A stretch of DNA of 31,485 nt. Source: a virus. Its lineage: Duplodnaviria > Caudoviricetes. The notes under the pieces are model-generated. The model had not been told where the DNA came from, did no database searches, and saw only the letters and a program-made list of their open reading frames with translations. The position numbers and the translations under genes are program-made. The stretch covers positions 1 through 31,485 of IMG/VR virus record IMGVR_UViG_3300044512_000254; one strand, given 5' to 3'. How positions within the stretch are numbered: position 1 is the stretch's first letter; every line of letters begins with the position of its first letter. Shown one piece after another: positions 1-6,530 of this stretch.

Positions 1-1
1 C

Positions 2-325
2 AACAGAACTGTTGCTGAGTTTAATCACACTTACAATCTATCCAAGTTCTTTAGAGACTTTTTAAACTTTGAAGATGAAGGCTTAGGTGAGGTAGGCATC
101 AATGGATTTTATGGTATGTTTGGTAAAGATGCTTGGTTTGTTTTAAACAAAGCTGTTAAAACGTTTAATCAATCAGACATAAATCATGATTGGTTTAAAG
201 ATTGGGCAGAAAAAGAATATAATCCTGAGAATGGTCATGGTAGTGTGGATACTGCTATGAAATTACTTACAGATATGATGAATACCTGTAAAGAATATCC
301 AACTTCAGTTATAAAAATTTATTAA
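2..325 (+). CDS. hypothetical early phage protein (5'-truncated by the window edge)
   Basis: The frame is open from base 2 (NRTVAEFNHTYNLSKFF...) through the listed 116..325 ORF to TAA at 323-325. Confidence 0.75.
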   Translation, partial: NRTVAEFNHTYNLSKFFRDFLNFEDEGLGEVGINGFYGMFGKDAWFVLNKAVKTFNQSDINHDWFKDWAEKEYNPENGHGSVDTAMKLLTDMMNTCKEYPTSVIKIY

Positions 326-342
326 TTTAATAGGAGAAACTT

Positions 343-504
343 ATGGAAAATAAAGATCACTTTGATATTGTAGACTTTATAGAATCAACTATAGAGCCTA
401 AAGAAAATGTTATTGCTTCTGAAAAAGACATTGATGAATGGTTATTGGAAGAAGAAATTAAAAGAGACGGAGGCTCAGACTTTATAAATAAATTATATAG
501 TTAA
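343..504 (+). CDS. small acidic hypothetical protein (53 aa, MENKDHFDIVDFIES...KLYS)
   Basis: Not in the ORF track. Strong SD (AGGAG) before ATG 343 and stop TAA 502-504. Confidence 0.75.
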   Translation: MENKDHFDIVDFIESTIEPKENVIASEKDIDEWLLEEEIKRDGGSDFINKLYS

Positions 505-515
505 GATATAATGGG

Positions 516-544
516 TTGCTTCGGGGCAAGTGCCTCGGTATAAT
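516..544 (+). promoter_or_regulatory. sigma70-type promoter
   Basis: TTGCTT (516-521), 17-nt spacer, TATAAT (539-544), at the start of a ~300-nt intergenic region. Confidence 0.65.
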
Positions 545-716
545 GACCCCAGCAGAACACAGGACAATTAGTAAAAGAGCTGATAAATATCAGATAAAAT
601 AATATAACTATTTGTCAAGGGATATGGAGAAACACCAGCGTAAATAAAGTTTAAAGATAACCTGCATGAAACTCCCCCGAACCATACAGACATCATTGCG
701 ATTGTATGTGTAAATT

Positions 717-752
717 CCCACTTGCTAGTTGATGGGTACAAACTAACTAGCA
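717..752 (+). ncRNA. predicted H-type RNA pseudoknot, copy 1
   Basis: P1 CCCA 717-720 / UGGG 733-736; P2 UGCUAGUU 723-730 / AACUAGCA 745-752; followed by a U-rich tract. Confidence 0.65.
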
Positions 753-805
753 CTTTTATTAACCTTTAGTTCTAAGGAACTATAATAACTATGGAGATAG
801 TAACT

Positions 806-1231
806 ATGTCAAAATTGATATACAGCAGAAATGGTAGCGAGACTACTGAAAGCATTCGTAATGCATCACCTACAATTCAAGCAGTATGGGATCAAGCACA
901 TAAATTTGGTGCTAATATTGTAAGAGTTAGATCAGAAAAGAATAGATTTGGTGCTGACACAGGTCGTACTTTTAATTCTTTTCACAATGGTAAGGTATCA
1001 GTCTACAAGCAAAAAGATCAAGTGCATGAGAGTAATGCCTTGTACTTTGCTCAGAAGATACCTGTAACTAAAGCAAACACAGGTATGCAAATACTTGAGG
1101 TAGCTTCTAATCTTGATGTCCAAGATACTTTGGATACTATTGATGCTATTCAATATTATTCAGAGACTTCTTTTCTAGGAAGACTTTGGAATCGTATTAG
1201 ATATGGTACTCCCATGTCTATCACAGCCTAG
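806..1231 (+). CDS. hypothetical early protein
   Basis: ORF 791..1231. ATG 806 is preferred because GGAGA (793-797) lies at SD distance. Confidence 0.8.
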   Translation: MSKLIYSRNGSETTESIRNASPTIQAVWDQAHKFGANIVRVRSEKNRFGADTGRTFNSFHNGKVSVYKQKDQVHESNALYFAQKIPVTKANTGMQILEVASNLDVQDTLDTIDAIQYYSETSFLGRLWNRIRYGTPMSITA

Positions 1232-1253
1232 CACATAGCGTATCTATGTTGAT

Positions 1254-1302
1254 GGTGCTAATGAGGAAGTTGGTAGTTATCTTTCGCACCTAAAAACTAC
1301 CA
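1254..1302 (+). ncRNA. predicted H-type RNA pseudoknot, copy 2
   Basis: P1 GGUGC 1254-1258 / GCACC 1286-1290 plus GGAAG 1265-1269 / CUUUC 1281-1285; P2 UGGUAGUU 1271-1278 / AACUACCA 1295-1302. Confidence 0.7.
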
Positions 1303-1335
1303 TTATTTTAACGCTAATATTTATGGAGATATATT

Positions 1336-1785
1336 ATGGCACAGATGAGAGTAAAAGACCAAGACCTAATCATAGAGCAGGTTGTAGAAAAAATTGAAGC
1401 TACTGAACTTGATAAGTTCAAAGCTCGTGATGATGTTCAATCTATTCAAAGTGTAATTGAAGCAAGGATTGAAGTAATTTCAAAACTTGTAGACCAATAC
1501 AAAAAACTTGAAGAAAATATTAAAGCTGACCAAAAAGAACTCGAAGCTTTAGTTAAATCATTTCAAGAAGCTAATGGGTTTGAGACAGCTCTTTACTATG
1601 ACAACCAAGGTATTAAATTACAGGGTGTTAGTTATGGATTCGGAGTTCCTACTTATGAGTTAGTTTGGAACTTACCTCACAGCACCAAGCGTGAGTTATC
1701 TACTAAACTCAGACTGCAAACGATAAGTGGAGACTTTGATGTCTACAAACTTATTGAGGAGTTGACTACAGAGTTTAGTTCGTAG
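1336..1785 (+). CDS. hypothetical early protein with coiled-coil segment
   Basis: 149-aa ORF with GGAGA SD and a heptad pattern in its middle. Confidence 0.8.
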   Translation: MAQMRVKDQDLIIEQVVEKIEATELDKFKARDDVQSIQSVIEARIEVISKLVDQYKKLEENIKADQKELEALVKSFQEANGFETALYYDNQGIKLQGVSYGFGVPTYELVWNLPHSTKRELSTKLRLQTISGDFDVYKLIEELTTEFSS

Positions 1786-1791
1786 TATAAT
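1762..1791 (+). promoter_or_regulatory. sigma70-type promoter
   Basis: TTGACT (1762-1767), 18-nt spacer, TATAAT (1786-1791), overlapping the end of the upstream gene. Confidence 0.55.
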
Positions 1792-1905
1792 TTGTCCGAG
1801 GAACTATCTGCGAGTTTCACAATGATTGTTGCAACAGTCGTGGAACTAAAGAGGAGAAGGACAAGACTCATCAGTACCTAGAGTATGAGTATAAAATATG
1901 ATTAG

Positions 1906-1939
1906 GTGTAGGTTGGTAGTCCTACATAAAAAACTACCA
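1906..1939 (+). ncRNA. predicted H-type RNA pseudoknot, copy 3 (preQ1-I-riboswitch-like scaffold)
   Basis: P1 GUGUAGG 1906-1912 / CCUACAU 1921-1927; P2 UGGUAGU 1914-1920 / ACUACCA 1933-1939; A-rich linker; about 10 nt upstream of the SD AGGAG. Confidence 0.75.
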
Positions 1940-1960
1940 CTTAATTTTTAGGAGATAAAT

Positions 1961-2173
1961 ATGAGCTTGATGTTAGATACACCCGAACAAATTCAAATGG
2001 CTAGGTACTTGACCATGAGGTCTGGTCTTAAATTAGAGATACAAGGACTACGCTTGACAAGAGGAGTCTCTTGCTATAAGATGGTCAAAGATACTTTCGG
2101 ATTGAAAGGCTCGAAACAAAAAGTCTTAGATCAATTTGAAGATTTGCTTAGAGAAGCAGGAGTAGAAGTATGA
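1961..2173 (+). CDS. hypothetical early protein
   Basis: 70-aa ORF with AGGAGA SD. Confidence 0.8.
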   Translation: MSLMLDTPEQIQMARYLTMRSGLKLEIQGLRLTRGVSCYKMVKDTFGLKGSKQKVLDQFEDLLREAGVEV

Positions 2174-2448
2174 GTAATGAAAACAACGATGTTATTATGG
2201 ACAACTTAAGAGATAATGTGCATGAACTATGGGTACTTGATAGTCGACCAGACTTAGAAGCTGATTGCCTAGACTATTGTTATGAAAATATTCATACACC
2301 TGTACCGACAGCAATGATTGAGTTTCTATCTCAGCATTGTAGTCAAGCTATGTCGACTCAAGACTATGAGTTTGCAAGAGACGAGCATAACAAAAACCTT
2401 GTAGTTAAACTACAAAAATTATCAAAGGAGATGAAAGACAATGCCTAA
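2170..2448 (+). CDS. hypothetical protein
   Basis: 92-aa ORF, ATGA-coupled to the upstream gene, GGAG SD. Confidence 0.75.
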   Translation: MSNENNDVIMDNLRDNVHELWVLDSRPDLEADCLDYCYENIHTPVPTAMIEFLSQHCSQAMSTQDYEFARDEHNKNLVVKLQKLSKEMKDNA

Positions 2449-3169
2449 ATATAATTTGCTATCTAGTGGTAGTACCAAGATTGAAAAGAGCAACAAGCTA
2501 TCTGATGAATGGTTTAGTCGAATAATATATTTAGCACCTGATGATTTAGCAGATGGCAAGAGAACTCTATGTCCTTATGCTAAAGTTGCCAAGTGTAATG
2601 TGCCTTGTTTGAACACAGCAGGGATGGGTAAATTCTCTAATGTTCAGCAGTCAAGAATTAAAAAATCTTTACTGTTTCTAAATGAGCCACAGGAGTTCAT
2701 GAGACAGCTTGTACAAGACGTAAATAAATTCCTAAAGGAATGTGATAGGTTGGGTAAAAAACCTGCCCTACGTCTTAATGGTACAAGTGATATTCAGTGG
2801 GAAACTATAGAGGTTGATGGACATGAAAACATCTTTGCCATGTTCCCACAGATACAGTTTTATGACTATACAAAAATCCCAACTAGGAAGGTAGAGCACA
2901 TACCTAATTATCATTTGACTTGGAGTTATTCCGAAGCCAATGATAAGTATGCTACTCTGTTCGACAAAGTATCGAACAACATAGCAGTAGTCTTTCGTGA
3001 TGCTCTACCTAAAATGTTCAAGGGTTTGAAAGTAATTGATGGGGACAAACATGACATGAGATTCTTAGATGAAACTCAAGTGGTGGTAGGACTTATCGAA
3101 AAGGGTGAAGCCAAGAAGGATACTTCAGGCTTTGTAATTGATTTAATAAATGCGAGGACAGTAGCATGA
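2441..3169 (+). CDS. Gp88-like protein (radical-SAM-like, Cys cluster)
   Basis: Motifs CPYAKVAKCNVPCLNTAG, LRLNGTSDI, FYDYTK, NYHLTWS and IDGDKHDMRFLD are typical of the phage 'gene product 88' family. Confidence 0.75.
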   Translation: MPKYNLLSSGSTKIEKSNKLSDEWFSRIIYLAPDDLADGKRTLCPYAKVAKCNVPCLNTAGMGKFSNVQQSRIKKSLLFLNEPQEFMRQLVQDVNKFLKECDRLGKKPALRLNGTSDIQWETIEVDGHENIFAMFPQIQFYDYTKIPTRKVEHIPNYHLTWSYSEANDKYATLFDKVSNNIAVVFRDALPKMFKGLKVIDGDKHDMRFLDETQVVVGLIEKGEAKKDTSGFVIDLINARTVA

Positions 3170-3378
3170 TGATATTTAATTACGAAAGTAAAAAACAAAT
3201 GAAGGAACACATAGGTGAACCTTTAAAATACACAGAAACTTCTATGTTCGGAGACGAATATGTAAGTGATGGTAAAATTATAGGGTGTAATAGACCCCAT
3301 GACCCAAGAGGTACAGGAACTCGTGAGTTCTTTGCCGAAGTTAAAATTGAAAACGATTTAATCGTAGGAGTAAACTAA
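3166..3378 (+). CDS. hypothetical protein
   Basis: 70-aa ORF coupled to the upstream gene (ATGA). Confidence 0.75.
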   Translation: MMIFNYESKKQMKEHIGEPLKYTETSMFGDEYVSDGKIIGCNRPHDPRGTGTREFFAEVKIENDLIVGVN

Positions 3379-3668
3379 TGACAGTGAACAAACACTTACA
3401 AGCAACTGATGCAGAGATAGCTGAAGTTGAAATGGATAGAAAGTTCGAGGAACTTCATGATAGTATAGAAAAGTTAGATGATAAAATACATGATAGGATT
3501 GGAGACTTAACCTTTAGACAAGAAGATGTAGAGTCTTGTATTGATAATGCACAAGACGATATCATAGATTTGAATGCAGAGGTTGTTGAGTTAAAAGAAA
3601 CTGTTGAAGACTTACAAGATACTATTCAAGAACTACAAGATAAATTGGAGGAACTAACTGATGGATAA
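3378..3668 (+). CDS. highly acidic coiled-coil protein
   Basis: 96 aa, about one third D/E, continuous heptad repeat, AGGAG SD. Confidence 0.75.
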   Translation: MTVNKHLQATDAEIAEVEMDRKFEELHDSIEKLDDKIHDRIGDLTFRQEDVESCIDNAQDDIIDLNAEVVELKETVEDLQDTIQELQDKLEELTDG

Positions 3669-3918
3669 AGAATATACAATGATAGAAAAAGCTGTAGGCA
3701 AAGCATTCTTTAATGGCTATGGTTTAATGTTTAAGTACCACAAGATTGAAACAGGTGAGCACCAACAACGAATGCTATTGACTGTATCAGATATTAAATA
3801 CAACTCTGATGATGATATATTAGTAGGTGGTTGTATTAATACTGATGGGGATTACAGACAATTTTTCATGGAAAACATGATGTCTGTTAGACCTTTTAAG
3901 TATGTGTCTATTGACTAA
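3661..3918 (+). CDS. stand-alone WYL-like (Sm/SH3-fold) domain protein
   Basis: Pattern FKY...GEHQQR...ILVGGC...GDYRQFFMENMMSV resembles the WYL F-x-Y...G...R...R-x-F-x-x-x-x-I signature; GGAGG SD. Confidence 0.55.
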   Translation: MDKEYTMIEKAVGKAFFNGYGLMFKYHKIETGEHQQRMLLTVSDIKYNSDDDILVGGCINTDGDYRQFFMENMMSVRPFKYVSID

Positions 3919-3929
3919 GGAAAACTTTT

Positions 3930-4184
3930 ATGATACAATACAACAAGATTAAGGTGACAGCAAAAGTAAAAGCTAAACACACTATATCAGATTATTTGAT
4001 GAAGGTGTTTGATGGGTTGAAACATAATCCATTAGACTTTATAAATGATTGGGAAACCATGACAACAAAAGAACAAGAAGCAGTGATAGATCAAGTCAGC
4101 TTATTTGAGGACAGGATACACAAACTGCTTGGAGTTAAATTTAAGGAGATAAAAAGTGCGAGTAATTTTAGTAAATCCATTTGA
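3930..4184 (+). CDS. hypothetical protein
   Basis: 84-aa ORF with AAGGA SD. Confidence 0.75.
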   Translation: MIQYNKIKVTAKVKAKHTISDYLMKVFDGLKHNPLDFINDWETMTTKEQEAVIDQVSLFEDRIHKLLGVKFKEIKSASNFSKSI

Positions 4185-4512
4185 CGAGACAGTTAAAGAA
4201 GCAGTATATGGTGGGGACTATAGAGAAATCTATGACCTTATTGGGTGTAGTACCTTTACAGTTCAGATGATTGATGAAGACAATGATTTGTTTTTAGATG
4301 ATGAAGGACTGTTAGTTTATCAAGGCAATCAAAGATACTTTGAATACAAAGGTCTTGGAACTTTTGCAGGTAAAGGATTGATCATGGCTCATGATGATAA
4401 AGGAGAGTCAACAGCTACAACTCTTGACCTCATGAAAGTATCATCACTGATAGAGTTCAAACCTAAAGGATATGTTGAAGAACCATACATGGAGTTCAAA
4501 GCTTTATTATGA
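4156..4512 (+). CDS. DUF3846-like phage protein
   Basis: GTG start with AAGGAG SD; motifs IYDLIGC and LFLDDEGLL...N...FAGKGLI. Confidence 0.65.
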   Translation: MRVILVNPFDETVKEAVYGGDYREIYDLIGCSTFTVQMIDEDNDLFLDDEGLLVYQGNQRYFEYKGLGTFAGKGLIMAHDDKGESTATTLDLMKVSSLIEFKPKGYVEEPYMEFKALL

Positions 4513-4769
4513 ACAGTAAACAAGTAAAGCAGTTAAGAAAAAAAGTTAAACAGTTTCAACTTGAATGGATGAAGTCTTTAGTTTCTGAAGAGGAAGCTAA
4601 GAAAATTACATTAGAAAATATTACTGCCATGATGCCACCCGATACTCATGTCAAAGGATTAGAGTCAACAACTTTATCTTACATGTCTGATAAGTGGGTG
4701 TTAAAGATACTTAAAAAACATCCTGATATCAGTACCTTACAAGAACTATTAAACCTAGGAGAAAGTTAA
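4509..4769 (+). CDS. hypothetical protein
   Basis: 86-aa ORF, coupled to the upstream gene. Confidence 0.75.
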   Translation: MNSKQVKQLRKKVKQFQLEWMKSLVSEEEAKKITLENITAMMPPDTHVKGLESTTLSYMSDKWVLKILKKHPDISTLQELLNLGES

Positions 4770-5020
4770 TGGATGAATATTTAGTTGAAGTAAAAAAAGA
4801 TGGAAGCATTGAAACTTTAAAAAGCTATTGTGCTTCTCCGATTGAAGCACTTGATAGCATGATTAGTTTTGAAGATGTTTCTAATATTTATAAAATCACC
4901 CACGTTAAAACAAACGAGACTTGGGACTTTGATAACTCTGCATTAGAAGAGTTAAGACAGTTGCGTGGTGTAATAAATAATGAAGAAATAATTATTAAAG
5001 AACTGAGGAATAAAAATTAA
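4769..5020 (+). CDS. hypothetical protein
   Basis: 83-aa ORF, TAATG coupling, AGGAG SD. Confidence 0.75.
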   Translation: MDEYLVEVKKDGSIETLKSYCASPIEALDSMISFEDVSNIYKITHVKTNETWDFDNSALEELRQLRGVINNEEIIIKELRNKN

Positions 5021-5021
5021 A

Positions 5022-5228
5022 ATGGAATTTATATTAATAGTAGTAGGTGTTGTCACCTTATTAACGACAACAGTTTTGTACATGTACTTGGTAGATGAGG
5101 AAAAGATAGAACCACATTACCCAACTACTGCACAGCGTGGAAACTTTTGGGATGCAGAGACACAGAAGTTTTACAAATGGGATGAGTTGATGGAACTTAA
5201 AAAACAAAGGGAGATAAACAATGACTGA
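5022..5228 (+). CDS. small membrane protein (N-terminal TM helix)
   Basis: Hydrophobic stretch FILIVVGVVTLLTTTVLYMYLV; GAGG SD. Confidence 0.7.
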   Translation: MEFILIVVGVVTLLTTTVLYMYLVDEEKIEPHYPTTAQRGNFWDAETQKFYKWDELMELKKQREINND

Positions 5229-5430
5229 GTTTTATGAAGCTGTTGAACAGCAAAAAGAAATATTAAAAAAAGAAGCTGAAGATAATCAAGTAAAATATAT
5301 TGACATAAGAATCAATGATGGTAAATGGACAGAGAGTACAACTGATTATGTTTCGGGTAGAAGAGTTACAGAGTTTAACGATAAGCGTAAGAAAAATATA
5401 GAGGAGTATTATGGCGAAGACGTGGACTAA
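5221..5430 (+). CDS. hypothetical protein
   Basis: 69-aa ORF with GGGAG SD. Confidence 0.7.
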   Translation: MTEFYEAVEQQKEILKKEAEDNQVKYIDIRINDGKWTESTTDYVSGRRVTEFNDKRKKNIEEYYGEDVD

Positions 5431-5560
5431 AACAAGTTATACTTCTGCTACCAAACAAAGGGGCAAGAAGACCAGTCAAGGTAGAGGTAATGTTGGCACC
5501 TCTACTATGAACAAGAATAAGAAAGCCAACTTAAAAAAATATAGAGGGCAAGGTAAATGA
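5411..5560 (+). CDS. small basic protein (49 aa, ...KKTSQGRG...MNKNKKANLKKYRGQGK)
   Basis: Not in the ORF track. GAGGAG SD before ATG 5411. The KKTSQG...YRGQG motif is recalled from small marine-phage proteins. Confidence 0.75.
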   Translation: MAKTWTKTSYTSATKQRGKKTSQGRGNVGTSTMNKNKKANLKKYRGQGK

Positions 5561-5679
5561 ATGATATAGAAAAATTACTAAAAGATAAACTAGCCAGTCA
5601 AGGTATAGACAAGGCTTGGTTAGATAGTCATCTTGAAGTCTTAACAGACGATGACGATGATGATGAGGAAAACGAATGA
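5557..5679 (+). CDS. small protein with poly-acidic tail (40 aa)
   Basis: Not in the ORF track. ATGA overlaps on both sides; ends ...LTDDDDDDEENE. Confidence 0.65.
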   Translation: MNDIEKLLKDKLASQGIDKAWLDSHLEVLTDDDDDDEENE

Positions 5680-6173
5680 ACATATTTTATTTTGATGAAT
5701 GTCCTACCATATCAGCAGAAGCACAGCCTGATAAGATGTTAGTCAAGATGCCACTTGAAACAGCACAGATGTTATGTACAGCACATAGGTTGTTAGATGG
5801 TGATGAGTATGCAGATGCTAATGGTTTGTACAAAGAAGCCTACAAGAATCACCCATGTACTATATGGGCTAGAGAATCTAGCTCTAACTACTCATGGTTG
5901 TACCGACACTTCTTAGCATTAGGTTCAGAGTATGAGTATAGATATGGTAGGAAACATGCAAGTGTTGTAAAGCTAGAAGACCCGTTAAGTAAAATGCCTG
6001 ACAACATTACACATACAAGCATGACACCACTAGCACAGGCTATGCCTGAGGAGTATAAGAATGAGGATGCTATCACTGCTTATCGTGATTACTGCATTAA
6101 CGAAAAACACTATGCCAAATGGGAACGCAATAGAACTAAGCCTATATGGTGGACAACACAGGAGGTTGCATGA
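5676..6173 (+). CDS. pyrimidine-dimer DNA glycosylase (DenV/endonuclease V)-like protein
   Basis: Motifs MNIFYFD...KMPLETAQML...YKNHPCTIW...EYEYRYGRKH...QAMPEEYK. Confidence 0.7.
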   Translation: MNIFYFDECPTISAEAQPDKMLVKMPLETAQMLCTAHRLLDGDEYADANGLYKEAYKNHPCTIWARESSSNYSWLYRHFLALGSEYEYRYGRKHASVVKLEDPLSKMPDNITHTSMTPLAQAMPEEYKNEDAITAYRDYCINEKHYAKWERNRTKPIWWTTQEVA

Positions 6174-6391
6174 ACTACATATACGAAAGGATGATGGCTG
6201 AAGGAGAGACAGCTATCTTTGACAGAGATGAACTCAGAAGGTTTGAAGCTTATGTTTCAGCTAACTATGAATCTTTCTATGATAACAAGGCTACTTACGA
6301 GGTGAAAAAGGAAGGAGAAAAATTCCTGGTCACTTTATTTGAGAACCCTGTTATAACAATGGAAGATATTTTGCTTGACATTCGAGATTGA
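6170..6391 (+). CDS. hypothetical protein
   Basis: ORF 6146..6391. ATG 6170 is preferred (AGGAGG SD, ATGA coupling). Confidence 0.75.
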   Translation: MNYIYERMMAEGETAIFDRDELRRFEAYVSANYESFYDNKATYEVKKEGEKFLVTLFENPVITMEDILLDIRD

Positions 6392-6403
6392 TTCTGTTAT
6401 ACT
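6375..6403 (+). promoter_or_regulatory. strong sigma70 promoter with extended -10, driving the replication module
   Basis: TTGACA (6375-6380), 17-nt spacer, TGn-TATACT (6398-6403). Confidence 0.85.
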
Positions 6404-6414
6404 CTGTATCACAA

Positions 6415-6530
6415 TGAGTAACCAAACATATCAAGCCCTCTATCTCCAATTGAACAGATGGTTTGGTGCAGCTAATGCTGTAGCTTTTAGGGTAGCTACT
6501 CACAACCCTTCCAACTTCACAACAAAGCTA
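6415..6530 (+). ncRNA. structured 5' leader of ssb (candidate cis-regulatory RNA with pseudoknot)
   Basis: Stems ACCAAAC/GUUUGGU, GCAGC/GCUGU, UAGCUUU/AAAGCUA and AGGGU/ACCCU. Loop UACUCA (6497-6502) is complementary to UGAGUA (6415-6420). Confidence 0.6.

Noticed and set aside
590-618. Reverse-strand promoter (TTGACA at 618-613)
   Set aside because: No acceptable -10 hexamer at 16-18 nt spacing and no leftward gene to drive.
568-753. 61-aa - strand ORF in the first long intergenic region
   Set aside because: Antisense to the whole arm, no SD, atypical composition; the region is better explained by + strand RNA structure.
505-790. tRNA genes in the long intergenic regions
   Set aside because: No cloverleaf with T-loop GTTCRA and D-loop consensus was found.
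1790-1890. Possible hammerhead ribozyme on the - strand (CUGAUGA from 1868-1874 and GAAAC from 1814-1818)
   Set aside because: Stems I and II flanking the core cannot be formed convincingly, and the G-U pairs favour structure on the + strand.
717-1939. Repeats as a CRISPR array or as T7-type phage promoters
   Set aside because: Copies are 500-600 nt apart and separated by genes. Conservation is in base pairing rather than in a fixed 20-35-nt sequence.
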